Positions 22,474 through 36,696 of a stretch of DNA of 64,000 nucleotides are shown here, one piece after another. Source of the DNA: Escherichia coli (GTDB lineage: Bacteria; Pseudomonadota; Gammaproteobacteria; Enterobacterales; Enterobacteriaceae); the NCBI RefSeq assembly GCF_041886205.1, contig NZ_CP169029.1. One strand, given 5' to 3'. Position 1 is the first letter of the stretch. The number at the start of each line of letters is the position of its first letter. The notes beneath the pieces were generated by a model. It saw only the letters and a program-made list of their open reading frames with translations. It searched no databases and was not told the DNA's origin. Position numbers and translations under genes: made by a program.

Positions 22474-23541
22474 ATGGATAAGAGTAAGCGCCATTTGGCG
22501 TGGTGGGTTGTCGGGTTACTGGCGGTGGCGGCTATCGTGGCGTGGTGGCTGTTGCGCCCAGCGGGTGTGCCGGAAGGCTTTGCCGTCAGCAATGGGCGCA
22601 TTGAAGCGACGGAAGTGGATATCGCCAGCAAAATTGCCGGGCGTATCGACACCATTCTGGTGAAAGAAGGCCAGTTTGTTCGCGAAGGCGAAGTGCTGGC
22701 GAAGATGGATACTCGCGTGTTGCAGGAGCAGCGACTGGAAGCCATTGCGCAAATCAAAGAGGCACAAAGCGCCGTTGCTGCCGCGCAGGCTTTGCTGGAG
22801 CAACGACAAAGCGAAACTCGTGCCGCACAGTCGCTGGTTAATCAACGCCAGGCAGAACTGGACTCCGTGGCTAAACGTCATACGCGTTCCCGTTCACTGG
22901 CCCAGCGGGGGGCTATTTCTGCGCAACAGCTGGATGACGACCGCGCCGCCGCTGAGAGCGCCCGAGCTGCGCTGGAATCGGCAAAAGCTCAGGTTTCTGC
23001 TTCTAAAGCCGCTATAGAGGCGGCACGCACCAATATCATTCAGGCGCAAACTCGCGTCGAAGCCGCGCAAGCCACTGAACGGCGTATTGCCGCAGATATC
23101 GATGACAGTGAACTGAAAGCCCCGCGTGACGGACGCGTGCAGTATCGGGTTGCTGAGCCAGGGGAAGTGCTGGCGGCAGGCGGTCGGGTGCTGAATATGG
23201 TCGATCTCAGCGACGTCTATATGACTTTCTTCCTGCCAACCGAACAGGCGGGCACGCTAAAACTGGGCGGTGAAGCCCGGCTGATCCTCGATGCCGCGCC
23301 AGATCTGCGTATTCCTGCGACCATCAGTTTTGTCGCCAGCGTCGCCCAGTTCACGCCAAAAACCGTCGAAACCAGCGATGAACGGCTGAAACTGATGTTC
23401 CGCGTCAAAGCGCGTATCCCACCGGAATTACTCCAGCAGCATCTGGAATATGTCAAAACCGGTTTACCGGGCGTAGCGTGGGTGCGGGTGAATGAAGAAC
23501 TTCCGTGGCCTGACGACCTCGTGGTGAGGTTGCCGCAATGA
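22474..23541 (+). CDS. yhiI: HlyD-family membrane fusion/periplasmic adaptor protein
   Basis: 355-aa ORF with N-terminal TM and long coiled-coil; overlaps rbbA start. Confidence 0.92.
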   Translation: MDKSKRHLAWWVVGLLAVAAIVAWWLLRPAGVPEGFAVSNGRIEATEVDIASKIAGRIDTILVKEGQFVREGEVLAKMDTRVLQEQRLEAIAQIKEAQSAVAAAQALLEQRQSETRAAQSLVNQRQAELDSVAKRHTRSRSLAQRGAISAQQLDDDRAAAESARAALESAKAQVSASKAAIEAARTNIIQAQTRVEAAQATERRIAADIDDSELKAPRDGRVQYRVAEPGEVLAAGGRVLNMVDLSDVYMTFFLPTEQAGTLKLGGEARLILDAAPDLRIPATISFVASVAQFTPKTVETSDERLKLMFRVKARIPPELLQQHLEYVKTGLPGVAWVRVNEELPWPDDLVVRLPQ

Positions 23542-26273
23542 CGCATCTGGAACTGGTTCCCGTCCCGCCTGTCGCGCAACTGGCGGGCGTGAGCCAGCAT
23601 TATGGAAAAACCGTTGCGCTGAACAATATTACTCTCGATATTCCGGCCCGCTGCATGGTCGGGCTGATTGGCCCGGACGGCGTCGGGAAGTCGAGCTTGT
23701 TGTCGTTGATTTCCGGTGCCCGCGTCATTGAGCAGGGCAATGTGATGGTGCTGGGCGGCGATATGCGCGATCCGAAGCATCGCCGCGACGTCTGCCCGCG
23801 CATCGCCTGGATGCCGCAGGGGCTGGGCAAAAACCTCTACCACACCTTGTCGGTGTATGAAAATGTCGATTTTTTCGCTCGCCTGTTCGGTCACGATAAA
23901 GCGGAGCGGGAAGTGCGAATTAATGAGTTGCTGACCAGCACCGGGTTAGCACCGTTTCGCGATCGTCCGGCAGGTAAACTCTCCGGCGGAATGAAGCAAA
24001 AACTTGGGCTGTGCTGTGCGTTAATCCACGACCCGGAACTGTTGATTCTTGATGAGCCAACAACGGGGGTTGACCCGCTCTCCCGCGCCCAGTTCTGGGA
24101 TCTGATCGACAGTATTCGCCAGCGGCAGAGCAATATGAGCGTGCTGGTCGCCACCGCCTATATGGAAGAGGCCGAACGCTTCGACTGGCTGGTAGCGATG
24201 AATGCCGGAGAAGTGCTGGCAACCGGCAGCGCCGAAGAGCTGCGGCAGCAAACGCAAAGCGCCACGCTGGAAGAAGCATTTATTAATCTGTTACCGCAAG
24301 CGCAACGCCAGGCGCATCAGGCGGTAGTGATCCCACCGTATCAACCTGAAAACGCAGAGATTGCCATCGAAGCGCGCGATCTGACCATGCGTTTTGGTTC
24401 CTTTGTTGCCGTTGATCACGTCAATTTCCGCATTCCACGCGGGGAGATTTTTGGATTCCTTGGTTCAAACGGCTGCGGTAAATCCACCACCATGAAAATG
24501 CTTACCGGACTGCTGCCCGCCAGCGAAGGTGAGGCGTGGCTGTTCGGGCAACCGGTTGATCCAAAAGATATCGATACCCGCCGTCGTGTAGGCTATATGT
24601 CGCAGGCGTTTTCGCTCTATAACGAACTCACCGTGCGGCAAAACCTTGAGTTACATGCCCGTTTGTTTCACATCCCGGAAGCGGAAATTCCCGCGCGAGT
24701 GGCTGAAATGAGCGAGCGTTTTAAGCTCAACGACGTTGAAGATGTTCTGCCGGAGTCATTGCCGCTCGGCATTCGCCAGCGGCTTTCGCTGGCGGTGGCG
24801 GTGATTCATCGCCCGGAGATGTTAATCCTCGATGAGCCTACTTCTGGTGTCGATCCGGTGGCGAGGGATATGTTCTGGCAGTTGATGGTCGATCTCTCGC
24901 GCCAGGACAAAGTGACTATCTTCATCTCCACCCACTTTATGAACGAAGCGGAACGTTGCGACCGTATCTCACTGATGCACGCCGGAAAAGTGCTCGCCAG
25001 CGGTACACCGCAGGAACTGGTTGAGAAACGCGGAGCCGCAAGTCTGGAAGAGGCATTTATCGCCTATTTGCAGGAAGCGGCAGGGCAGAGCAACGAAGCC
25101 GAAGCGCCGCCCGTGATACACGACACCACCCACGCGCCGCGTCAAGGATTTAGCCTGCGCCGTTTGTTTAGCTACAGCCGCCGCGAAGCACTGGAATTGC
25201 GCCGCGATCCGGTCCGTTCGACGCTGGCGCTGATGGGAACAGTGATCCTGATGCTGATAATGGGTTACGGCATCAGTATGGATGTGGAAAACCTGCGCTT
25301 TGCGGTGCTCGACCGCGACCAGACCGTCAGTAGCCAGGCGTGGACGCTCAACCTCTCCGGTTCCCGTTACTTTATCGAACAGCCGCCGCTTACCAGTTAT
25401 GACGAGCTTGATCGTCGGATGCGTGCGGGCGATATCACGGTGGCAATTGAGATCCCTCCCAATTTCGGGCGCGATATCGCGCGTGGTACGCCTGTGGAAC
25501 TCGGTGTCTGGATCGACGGAGCGATGCCGAGCCGTGCCGAAACGGTAAAAGGTTACGTGCAGGCCATGCACCAGAGCTGGCTACAGGATGTGGCGAGCCG
25601 ACAATCCACACCCTCCAGCCAAAGCGGGCTGATGAATATTGAGACGCGCTATCGCTATAACCCGGACGTAAAAAGCCTGCCAGCGATTGTTCCGGCGGTG
25701 ATCCCGCTTCTGCTGATGATGATCCCGTCAATGCTAAGCGCCCTTAGCGTGGTGCGGGAAAAAGAGTTGGGGTCGATTATCAACCTTTACGTGACTCCCA
25801 CCACCCGTAGCGAATTTTTGCTTGGCAAACAGCTACCGTACATCGCGCTGGGGATGCTGAACTTTTTCCTGCTCTGTGGCCTGTCGGTGTTTGTGTTTGG
25901 CGTACCGCATAAAGGCAGTTTCCTGACGCTCACCTTGGCGGCGCTGTTGTATATCATCATTGCTACCGGAATGGGGCTGCTGATCTCCACCTTTATGAAA
26001 AGCCAGATTGCCGCCATTTTCGGAACGGCGATTATCACGTTGATCCCGGCGACACAGTTTTCCGGGATGATCGATCCGGTAGCCTCGCTGGAAGGTCCAG
26101 GACGTTGGATCGGCGAGGTTTATCCGACTAGCCATTTTCTGACTATCGCCCGCGGGACGTTCTCGAAGGCGCTGGATCTGACTGATTTGTGGCAACTTTT
26201 TATCCCGTTGCTGATAGCCATACCGCTGGTGATGGGCTTAAGCATCCTGCTGCTGAAAAAACAGGAGGGATGA
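23538..26273 (+). CDS. rbbA: ribosome-associated ATPase RbbA (dual ABC ATPase fused to ABC-2 permease)
   Basis: 911-aa ORF; two Walker A motifs ([18 protein letters not shown]) plus C-terminal TM domain. Confidence 0.93.
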   Translation: MTHLELVPVPPVAQLAGVSQHYGKTVALNNITLDIPARCMVGLIGPDGVGKSSLLSLISGARVIEQGNVMVLGGDMRDPKHRRDVCPRIAWMPQGLGKNLYHTLSVYENVDFFARLFGHDKAEREVRINELLTSTGLAPFRDRPAGKLSGGMKQKLGLCCALIHDPELLILDEPTTGVDPLSRAQFWDLIDSIRQRQSNMSVLVATAYMEEAERFDWLVAMNAGEVLATGSAEELRQQTQSATLEEAFINLLPQAQRQAHQAVVIPPYQPENAEIAIEARDLTMRFGSFVAVDHVNFRIPRGEIFGFLGSNGCGKSTTMKMLTGLLPASEGEAWLFGQPVDPKDIDTRRRVGYMSQAFSLYNELTVRQNLELHARLFHIPEAEIPARVAEMSERFKLNDVEDVLPESLPLGIRQRLSLAVAVIHRPEMLILDEPTSGVDPVARDMFWQLMVDLSRQDKVTIFISTHFMNEAERCDRISLMHAGKVLASGTPQELVEKRGAASLEEAFIAYLQEAAGQSNEAEAPPVIHDTTHAPRQGFSLRRLFSYSRREALELRRDPVRSTLALMGTVILMLIMGYGISMDVENLRFAVLDRDQTVSSQAWTLNLSGSRYFIEQPPLTSYDELDRRMRAGDITVAIEIPPNFGRDIARGTPVELGVWIDGAMPSRAETVKGYVQAMHQSWLQDVASRQSTPSSQSGLMNIETRYRYNPDVKSLPAIVPAVIPLLLMMIPSMLSALSVVREKELGSIINLYVTPTTRSEFLLGKQLPYIALGMLNFFLLCGLSVFVFGVPHKGSFLTLTLAALLYIIIATGMGLLISTFMKSQIAAIFGTAIITLIPATQFSGMIDPVASLEGPGRWIGEVYPTSHFLTIARGTFSKALDLTDLWQLFIPLLIAIPLVMGLSILLLKKQEG

Positions 26274-27397
26274 TGCGCCATTTACGCAATATTTTTAATC
26301 TGGGTATCAAAGAGTTGCGCAGTCTGCTCGGTGATAAAGCGATGCTGACGCTGATTGTCTTCTCGTTTACGGTGTCGGTGTATTCGTCAGCGACCGTTAC
26401 GCCAGGATCGTTGAACCTCGCGCCGATCGCCATTGCCGATATGGATCAATCGCAGTTATCGAACCGGATCGTTAACAGCTTCTATCGTCCGTGGTTTTTG
26501 CCACCGGAGATGATCACCGCCGATGAGATGGATGCCGGACTGGACGCCGGACGCTATACCTTCGCGATAAATATTCCGCCTAATTTTCAGCGTGATGTCC
26601 TCGCCGGACGCCAGCCGGATATTCAGGTGAACGTCGATGCCACGCGCATGAGCCAGGCATTTACCGGCAATGGGTATATCCAGAATATTATCAACGGTGA
26701 AGTGAACAGCTTTGTCGCGCGCTACCGTGATAACAGCGAACCGTTGGTATCGCTGGAAACCCGGATGCGCTTTAACCCGAACCTCGATCCCGCGTGGTTT
26801 GGCGGGGTGATGGCGATCATCAACAACATTACCATGCTGGCGATTGTATTGACCGGATCGGCGCTGATCCGCGAGCGTGAACACGGCACGGTGGAACACT
26901 TACTGGTGATGCCGATAACGCCGTTTGAGATCATGATGGCGAAGATCTGGTCGATGGGGCTGGTGGTGCTGGTGGTATCGGGATTATCGCTGGTGCTGAT
27001 GGTGAAAGGTGTACTGGGCGTACCGATTGAAGGCTCGATCCCGCTGTTTATGCTGGGCGTGGCGCTCAGTCTGTTTGCCACCACGTCAATCGGCATTTTT
27101 ATGGGGACGATAGCGCGTTCAATGCCGCAACTGGGGCTGCTGGTGATTCTGGTGCTGCTGCCGCTGCAAATGCTTTCCGGTGGTTCCACGCCGCGCGAAA
27201 GTATGCCGCAGATGGTGCAGGACATTATGCTGACCATGCCGACGACACACTTTGTTAGCCTCGCGCAGGCCATTCTCTACCGGGGGGCAGGATTCGAAAT
27301 CGTCTGGCCGCAGTTCCTGACACTGATGGCAATTGGCGGCGCGTTTTTCACCATCGCGCTGCTGCGATTCAGGAAGACGATTGGGACAATGGCGTAA
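26270..27397 (+). CDS. yhhJ: ABC-2 family transporter permease
   Basis: Start MMRHLRNIF overlapping rbbA stop (atgatg/tga); about 375 aa membrane protein. Confidence 0.9.
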   Translation: MMRHLRNIFNLGIKELRSLLGDKAMLTLIVFSFTVSVYSSATVTPGSLNLAPIAIADMDQSQLSNRIVNSFYRPWFLPPEMITADEMDAGLDAGRYTFAINIPPNFQRDVLAGRQPDIQVNVDATRMSQAFTGNGYIQNIINGEVNSFVARYRDNSEPLVSLETRMRFNPNLDPAWFGGVMAIINNITMLAIVLTGSALIREREHGTVEHLLVMPITPFEIMMAKIWSMGLVVLVVSGLSLVLMVKGVLGVPIEGSIPLFMLGVALSLFATTSIGIFMGTIARSMPQLGLLVILVLLPLQMLSGGSTPRESMPQMVQDIMLTMPTTHFVSLAQAILYRGAGFEIVWPQFLTLMAIGGAFFTIALLRFRKTIGTMA

Positions 27398-27405
27398 GGA
27401 AGGGA

Positions 27406-27462
27406 AACTTGACTTCATACTGTGATGTCATACTATTGATGTCATAAAGTGAAGTCATAAGG
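27406..27462 (+). promoter_or_regulatory. putative promoter/operator of HicAB-like module
   Basis: ttgact -35-like hexamer; two direct repeats tgatgtcata bracketed by inverted acttca/tgaagt. Confidence 0.35.
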
Positions 27463-27555
27463 ACATGCCATGAGAACCAAGGTACAGGCTTTACGGAAGA
27501 AACAAAAAAATACATTGGATCAAATATTTAAAATTCCTGTTCCTCAAGGGATCAA

Positions 27556-27744
27556 GTGTCTGATATAGAGTCACTGGTTAAAGCATTAGGCGGAGAAATT
27601 AAGGAAGGAAGAGGTTCGCGTTGTAAGTTCATACTAAATATGAGCGTTGCGTGTTTCCATCGGCCTCATCCGTCGCCAGATACCGATAAAGGCGCTGTAG
27701 AAAGCGTGCGTGACTGGTTACTAAGTATAGGGGTAAAACCATGA
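27556..27744 (+). CDS. HicA-family toxin-like protein (non-canonical)
   Basis: 62-aa ORF, GTG start after aaggg RBS; C-terminal half aligns by eye with HicA (G-S-x-x-K-F ... R-P-H-P ... V-R-D-W-L); overlaps next gene by 4 nt. Confidence 0.7.
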   Translation: MSDIESLVKALGGEIKEGRGSRCKFILNMSVACFHRPHPSPDTDKGAVESVRDWLLSIGVKP

Positions 27745-28100
27745 TCAAACTGAAGACGCCAAACTCTATGGAGATTGCCGGGCAACCTGCTGTTATCACT
27801 TACGTGCCAGAACTGAATGCATTTCGTGGCAAATTCCTGGGCTTGTCAGGTTATTGTGATTTTGTCTCTGACAGCATTCAGGGGCTGCAAAAAGAAGGGG
27901 AACTTTCCCTGCGAGAGTATCTTGAGGATTGTAAAGCTGCGGGTATTGAGCCGTATGCGCGTACAGAAAAGATTAAGACCTTTACGTTACGCTATCCAGA
28001 ATCGCTGAGTGAACGCCTTAATAATGCGGCTGCGCAGCAACAAGTCTCTGTTAATACCTATATTATTGAAACACTGAATGAGCGTTTGAATCATTTATAA
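27741..28100 (+). CDS. HicB-family antitoxin-like protein with C-terminal ribbon-helix-helix
   Basis: 119-aa ORF; HicB-like N-terminal region and C-terminal FTLRYPESLSERLNNAAAQQQVSVNTYIIETL RHH-type DNA-binding motif. Confidence 0.72.
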   Translation: MIKLKTPNSMEIAGQPAVITYVPELNAFRGKFLGLSGYCDFVSDSIQGLQKEGELSLREYLEDCKAAGIEPYARTEKIKTFTLRYPESLSERLNNAAAQQQVSVNTYIIETLNERLNHL

Positions 28101-28154
28101 ATTTTAGCGGCGTACATTACGCAGAATATCTGCCTTTACAGGATCTATCTATGC

Positions 28155-28200
28155 AACTGAACTTAATTTTATAAATTAAGTTCAGTTAATATCTTTTCTT
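28155..28200 (+). terminator. rho-independent terminator after HicB-like gene
   Basis: Perfect 14-bp stem aactgaacttaatt/aattaagttcagtt followed by T-rich tract. Confidence 0.55.
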
Positions 28201-28219
28201 TCCTCGTTTCAGAAATAAC

Positions 28220-31023
<2,804 letters not shown>

Positions 31024-31027
<4 letters not shown>

Positions 31028-31968
31028 GCGTGCGCTCCTTCATGACGACGAATGCGCGGGTCCAGCGCGGCGTTGAGCAAATCGACAATCAAATTACAAA
31101 CCACAAAAACCACCACCATCATCAGTGTAAAGCACTGGATCACCGGATAGTCACGGTTAAAAATCGCCGACACCGCATAGCGCCCGACGCCCGGCCAGGC
31201 AAAGATGTTTTCGATAATCATCGTCCCGCCAATCAGTTCGCCGATGTGCATCCCCACGGCAGTAATCATCGGCAGCGAGGCATTGCGCAGGATATGGCGG
31301 CGTTCGGTCTGTTTGTCGTTCAGGCCGCGCAGACGCGCCCAGGTGACGTGACGCTGACCGGCGACGTCCAACATACTGGCGCGCAGTAAACGCGCGTTAA
31401 TCGCCAGCGACATAAAGGCAATGGAAACCGCAGGCAAAATGATGTGCTGCCAGCCGCCGTAACCCATCGCGGGTAGCCATTGCAGATACACCGAAAACGC
31501 CATCACCAGTAAAAACGCCAGCCAGAAGTTAGGCATCGACACGCCAAGAAACGCGATGAAACGTACGGCGAAATCCGGCAGACGGTCGCGATGGCGCGCC
31601 GCCCAGATACCGAGCGGTACGGAAGTGAGCAGAATTAATACCAGCGCCGCACCTGCAAGTTCCAGCGTGGCGGGCAGGAAGTTCAGCATATCGTCCAGTA
31701 CCGGGCGTTGGCTGGCGAATGAGATACTAAAGTCAAGATGCAGCGCCTTCCACAACCAGGTGCCGTACTGGACGTACAGCGGCTGATCCAGTCCGAGCAT
31801 GGTGCGGGTAGAGGCCAGCATCTCCGGCGTCGGCGGCAGGTTAGACAGACGCAAATAATCGAGCGCCGGGTCGCCGGTACCGAGGCGCAGCATCAGAAAA
31901 ATGATCACCGAGGCGGCGAGCACCATCGGGATCAGCAGCAGAAAGCGGCGTAATACGTAACGCAACAT
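31024..31968 (-). CDS. nikB: nickel ABC transporter permease
   Basis: 314-aa membrane ORF in nik operon. Confidence 0.93.
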
Positions 31969-33542
31969 TAAGGTTTCACCGGTTTAATCTGTTCGAACGG
32001 AATTTCGGTGGCGATCGGCGCGTAGGGGATGTTACCCAGCTCCGGTTTTGATACCACCATCATTGAGATGTAACTGATAGGCAGATAAACCGCCTCGTCA
32101 TGCAGACGGGTCAGAATGTCGCGATACAGTGCCTGACGTTGCGTTTCGTCATGGGTCGCCAGCACTTCGCCGATCTCTTTATCAATCAGCGGTTTGTCGG
32201 CTAATCCTTGCTGTGCCTGGAAGTCAGCGTGCGACGGTACGCGCATTGAACTCAGGAAGGCGTGTGGATCGTATGGCGCGCCCCAGGTGCGGTGGAAAAT
32301 CATGCCAAAACGACCGTCGCGCTGACGAGCATAGATACTGCTCTCTTCTTCGCCGATCAGCGTGACATCTGCGCCAATCTGGCGCATATCAGCCTGAATG
32401 ATTTCCGCCATCGATTTGCTTAGCGCATCGGTGCCGATGAACGAAAGTTCAATGCGCAGCGGCTGACCATTTTTCTCGCGGATGTCTTTACCCGCAGGCA
32501 GCGTCCAACCGGCTTTTTCCAGCAACGCTTTCGCTTTCTGCGGATCGTACTGGCGCGGTTTCAGGCCGAGGTTGGCGTAGGGCACAGAAGGGGCAAACAG
32601 GGTGTCGGCGACCTGCTGGGTGCCATACAACGCGTTATCAATCAGCGATTTTTTGTTCACCGCGTAATTAAGAGCTTCCCGTACTGCCAGCTCGTTGGTG
32701 GGGGCTTTGGCGGTATTGAGTGCCAGCATCACGGTTTCGATCGGCTGTGACAGTTGGGTGTGGTAAGCCGGGTTCTGGCTAAAGCGGGCGAAGGTATCGA
32801 GCGGTAATAACCCTTCGTTTCCGTACAGCAGGTCGATATCGCCAGTTTCAAACGCCACCGCGCGGGTAGTCGGGTCCGGGATGACGTTAAAAGTGATCTT
32901 CTTAATCGCCGGCTTTGCGCCCCAGTAGTTTTCGTTACGGACGAAGACATCGTACTGATTCAGTTTCGATTCCTGCAAAATCCACGGTCCGGTGCCAATC
33001 GGCGCTTTAATTCCGTTCATGGTTTCATGGTTTTTAAACTGCGAGGGGGCGATAAAACGGAAAGGGCGCGGCAGGGCCAGTTCTTGCAGGAAAGGATAGT
33101 AGGCGCTTTTCAGGGTGATTTGCAGCTCTGTTTTACTGAGTGCTTTAACATCAACAATCTGGTTTGCCAGCTCCAGCCAGGCGTGACGTTGACGGTTATC
33201 GAGCACTGCGCGGAAGTTTTCTGCCGCCGCCTCTGCATCAAACGGTTCGCCGTTAGAGAATTTCACGTCATCACGCAGGGTGAAGGTCCAGGTTTTACCA
33301 TCTTCCGAATGGGTCCAGCTTTTTGCCAGCCACGGGATCACCGAACCGCCTGCCTGATATTTCACCAATGGTTCATAAACCATGCTCTGGGCGAACATCT
33401 GGTTAGGCGTGTAAAGGTGCGGGTTTAGTGGCCCGACATTCACCGGCCAGGCGGTGGTGATTTCATCTGGTGCAGCGGCATGGACGATAAAAGACGCACA
33501 AGCCAGCAGCGCAAATAGAGTGCGGCGGAGTGTGGAGAGCAT
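31968..33542 (-). CDS. nikA: periplasmic nickel-binding protein
   Basis: 524-aa ORF with signal peptide; SBP family 5. Confidence 0.94.
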   Translation of the reverse strand: MLSTLRRTLFALLACASFIVHAAAPDEITTAWPVNVGPLNPHLYTPNQMFAQSMVYEPLVKYQAGGSVIPWLAKSWTHSEDGKTWTFTLRDDVKFSNGEPFDAEAAAENFRAVLDNRQRHAWLELANQIVDVKALSKTELQITLKSAYYPFLQELALPRPFRFIAPSQFKNHETMNGIKAPIGTGPWILQESKLNQYDVFVRNENYWGAKPAIKKITFNVIPDPTTRAVAFETGDIDLLYGNEGLLPLDTFARFSQNPAYHTQLSQPIETVMLALNTAKAPTNELAVREALNYAVNKKSLIDNALYGTQQVADTLFAPSVPYANLGLKPRQYDPQKAKALLEKAGWTLPAGKDIREKNGQPLRIELSFIGTDALSKSMAEIIQADMRQIGADVTLIGEEESSIYARQRDGRFGMIFHRTWGAPYDPHAFLSSMRVPSHADFQAQQGLADKPLIDKEIGEVLATHDETQRQALYRDILTRLHDEAVYLPISYISMMVVSKPELGNIPYAPIATEIPFEQIKPVKP

Positions 33543-33579
33543 GGTAACCCCAATGGATTAAAATAGATGGCGGAAATAA

Positions 33580-33607
33580 GTATGACGATTTTAAGTATTC
33601 GTCATAC
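33580..33607 (-). promoter_or_regulatory. NikR operator in nikA promoter
   Basis: GTATGA-N16-TCATAC dyad (gtatgacgattttaagtattcgtcatac) about 40 bp upstream of nikA start. Confidence 0.75.
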
Positions 33608-33652
33608 TGATTACCTGTTCTGGATCAATAGATGGGCAGTCGGGTGGGCGGA

Positions 33653-34240
33653 TCAGTTAACTGAATCGATCCATTGCACACTGTCGGCGGAGAGCGTAAA
33701 GGGGGTAGGGGTGCAGATCGCCAGACTTAAATTTTCTAGCTGACAATGGCTGACTGACAGCGAGGAGTGATAGGTGCTATCTACGCTGACGATTTGCCAG
33801 GCGCTGCCGCCACGCTGTTTAACGATGGCTTCTTTGCGCGTCCAGATGCGCCAGAACATTTCCAGTTGCTGATCAGGATGCACGGCGTCCATTTCAGCGT
33901 GTTCCCCGAGGCTGAACACGGCGTTCGCCAGCCAGCGCCAGTTGGCGCGCGGGCGAATCACTTCGATATCGCAGCCGACTTCGCCTTCATCGCTCAACAG
34001 CAGAGCGATATCGTCACCGCTATGGCTTAAGTTGAACCATAGCGGTGTTTCCGGCGCGAATGCCGGTTTGCCTTGTTCGCCATAGATGATCTCCGGTAGC
34101 GGGGAAAGCGTGTGCGAAAGCAATGCACGCCCCGCCAGCCAGCGTTCGCGTCGTGGACCTTGCGGTGCTTGCTCGCGTAAACCCGGTGGCAGTGGAGCTG
34201 CGCTTAAGGTCGAAACTTTCCCCAGAACTATCCGATACAT
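33653..34240 (-). CDS. acpT: 4'-phosphopantetheinyl transferase
   Basis: 195-aa ORF; recognised AcpT. Confidence 0.9.
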   Translation of the reverse strand: MYRIVLGKVSTLSAAPLPPGLREQAPQGPRRERWLAGRALLSHTLSPLPEIIYGEQGKPAFAPETPLWFNLSHSGDDIALLLSDEGEVGCDIEVIRPRANWRWLANAVFSLGEHAEMDAVHPDQQLEMFWRIWTRKEAIVKQRGGSAWQIVSVDSTYHSSLSVSHCQLENLSLAICTPTPFTLSADSVQWIDSVN

Positions 34241-34294
34241 ATCAGGGCCAACGTATAATGGAAAATGAAAGTGCGTATCGTATCACTTGTCGCC

Positions 34295-35344
34295 TCATCC
34301 CGGTAACCGACTTTTCGGTCTGCCCGGCCCCAGTAAAATCGCCAGTTTGCTGCCGCCTTTCGTCGTTTCCATCCAGATTTTACACACGCTGGTTAATGGC
34401 ACCGAAAGTAGCATCCCTACCGGGCCGAGCAGCCATCCCCAAATTAACAATGAAAGAAATACCACCATGGTGGACATCCCCAGGCGATGGCCCATCATCC
34501 GTGGTTCTAAAATATTGCCGATGACCATATGGACCACTAAAAACAATGCGCCGACCAGAATACATTCGTAAATACCATTAAACAGCAGCACCTGAATCAT
34601 TGGCGGTACGGCGGAAATTACCGCGCCGATATTAGGCACGTAGTTGAGCAAAAACGCCAGTACTGCCCACATCAGCGCAAACTGCACCCCCATCAGCTCC
34701 AGCCCCAGCCAGACGATGACACCCGTCCATAAACTGAGTAGCGTCTTTAACGCCAGATAATGCGAAACGCCTTTAAGTGCGCGGTGTAATCCCGCGATGT
34801 GAATCTGTGGGTTATTCAGCGCAAAACGCATTTTGTAAGGGACGTGGCGCACTTCAAATAGCATGAAAACAACGGTCATCACCAGCAAAAGTACGCTCGC
34901 CATTGCCCCGGAAAGCCCGGTCATTAGCGCCGTGGTGAAGGTAACTACTTTTTCCGAGTCCATCCGCTGCAGCATTCGCTCCGGCGACATATGCAAATTA
35001 AGAAAAGGCAACATCTCCTGCAATTTAAAAAGTTTGCGCGTCAGCTCCTTATTAAACTTCGGCAGCATAGAGATAAATTCGTTAAACGATGCCGCCAGTA
35101 CGCCGACCAGCGCGGTTAGTGTGATCAGCATCACCACCACCACAATCGTAATGGCAACGGGGCGTTTTACTCCCCGTCGAATAAACCAGGTAACGAGCGG
35201 GTTGAGGACGATGGCAAAAAACAGCGCCAGTAACAGCTGCACAATGATATCTGCAGCTGCGTGAATGCCCGCGAGGATCACTACCAGCGAGGCCAGCTTG
35301 AGCAGAATGTGCATGCCCGTTTTATCGGGTTGAGGGGTTTCCAT
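34295..35344 (-). CDS. yhhT: AI-2E family transporter
   Basis: Track ORF 376 aa; probable start METPQPDK gives 349 aa; polytopic membrane protein. Confidence 0.88.
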   Translation of the reverse strand: METPQPDKTGMHILLKLASLVVILAGIHAAADIIVQLLLALFFAIVLNPLVTWFIRRGVKRPVAITIVVVVMLITLTALVGVLAASFNEFISMLPKFNKELTRKLFKLQEMLPFLNLHMSPERMLQRMDSEKVVTFTTALMTGLSGAMASVLLLVMTVVFMLFEVRHVPYKMRFALNNPQIHIAGLHRALKGVSHYLALKTLLSLWTGVIVWLGLELMGVQFALMWAVLAFLLNYVPNIGAVISAVPPMIQVLLFNGIYECILVGALFLVVHMVIGNILEPRMMGHRLGMSTMVVFLSLLIWGWLLGPVGMLLSVPLTSVCKIWMETTKGGSKLAILLGPGRPKSRLPG

Positions 35345-35475
35345 TGGGGCTTCCTTGTGACTTTTTGTATTAAGTGTAGCGGGAGTCACGCCAGCAATAT
35401 TCTGATTCTTACTGCTGATTTTCACGTCAGCACGTGGTAAAAATGAAACACTGTTGTAAAAATGTGGTGATCCTC

Positions 35476-36693
35476 ATGCCCGAACCCGTAGCCGAACCCG
35501 CGCTAAACGGATTGCGCCTGAATTTGCGTATTGTCTCCATTGTCATGTTTAACTTCGCCAGCTACCTCACCATCGGGTTGCCGCTCGCTGTATTACCGGG
35601 CTATGTCCATGATGTGATGGGCTTTAGCGCTTTCTGGGCAGGATTGGTTATCAGCCTGCAATATTTCGCCACCTTGCTGAGCCGTCCTCATGCCGGACGT
35701 TACGCCGATTTGCTGGGCCCCAAAAAGATTGTCGTCTTCGGTTTATGCGGCTGCTTTTTGAGCGGTCTGGGATATCTGACGGCAGGATTAACCGCCAGTC
35801 TGCCCGTCATCAGCCTGTTATTACTTTGCCTGGGACGCGTGATCCTTGGGATTGGGCAAAGTTTTGCCGGAACGGGATCGACCCTGTGGGGCGTTGGCGT
35901 GGTTGGCTCGCTGCATATCGGGCGGGTGATTTCGTGGAACGGCATTGTCACTTATGGGGCGATGGCGATGGGTGCGCCGTTAGGTGTCGTGTTTTATCAC
36001 TGGGGCGGCTTGCAGGCGTTAGCGTTAATCATTATGGGCGTGGCGCTGGTGGCCATTTTGTTGGCGCTCCCGCGTCCGACGGTAAAAGCCAGTAAAGGCA
36101 AACCGCTGCCGTTTCGCGCGGTGCTTGGGCGCGTCTGGCTGTACGGTATGGCGCTGGCACTGGCTTCCGCCGGATTTGGCGTCATCGCCACCTTTATCAC
36201 GCTGTTTTATGACGCTAAAGGTTGGGACGGTGCGGCTTTCGCGCTGACGCTGTTTAGCTGTGCGTTTGTCGGTACGCGTTTGTTATTCCCTAACGGCATT
36301 AACCGTATCGGCGGCTTAAACGTAGCGATGATTTGCTTTAGCGTTGAGATAATCGGCCTGCTACTGGTTGGCGTGGCGACTATGCCGTGGATGGCGAAAA
36401 TCGGCGTCTTACTGGCGGGGGCCGGGTTTTCGCTGGTGTTCCCGGCATTGGGTGTAGTGGCGGTAAAAGCGGTTCCGCAGCAAAATCAGGGGGCGGCGCT
36501 GGCAACTTACACCGTATTTATGGATTTATCGCTTGGCGTGACTGGACCACTGGCTGGGCTGGTGATGAGCTGGGCGGGCGTACCGGTGATTTATCTGGCG
36601 GCGGCGGGACTGGTCGCAATCGCGTTATTACTGACGTGGCGATTAAAAAAACGGCCTCCGGAACACGTCCCTGAGGCCGCCTCATCATCTTAA
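35476..36693 (+). CDS. yhhS: MFS transporter
   Basis: Track ORF 419 aa; probable start MPEPVAEP gives 405 aa; 12-TM MFS. Confidence 0.88.
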   Translation: MPEPVAEPALNGLRLNLRIVSIVMFNFASYLTIGLPLAVLPGYVHDVMGFSAFWAGLVISLQYFATLLSRPHAGRYADLLGPKKIVVFGLCGCFLSGLGYLTAGLTASLPVISLLLLCLGRVILGIGQSFAGTGSTLWGVGVVGSLHIGRVISWNGIVTYGAMAMGAPLGVVFYHWGGLQALALIIMGVALVAILLALPRPTVKASKGKPLPFRAVLGRVWLYGMALALASAGFGVIATFITLFYDAKGWDGAAFALTLFSCAFVGTRLLFPNGINRIGGLNVAMICFSVEIIGLLLVGVATMPWMAKIGVLLAGAGFSLVFPALGVVAVKAVPQQNQGAALATYTVFMDLSLGVTGPLAGLVMSWAGVPVIYLAAAGLVAIALLLTWRLKKRPPEHVPEAASSS

Positions 36694-36696
36694 AAC

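Noticed and set aside
22276-22494. 72-aa ORF on minus strand between yhiJ and yhiI
   Set aside because: Overlaps the yhiI start region on the opposite strand; no features; likely chance ORF in a promoter region
27470-27568. 32-codon ORF (MRTKVQALRKKQKNTLDQIFKIPVPQGIKCLI) upstream of and overlapping the HicA-like start
   Set aside because: Different frame from the HicA-like ORF and no recognisable homology; could be a leader peptide but unsupported, so not called
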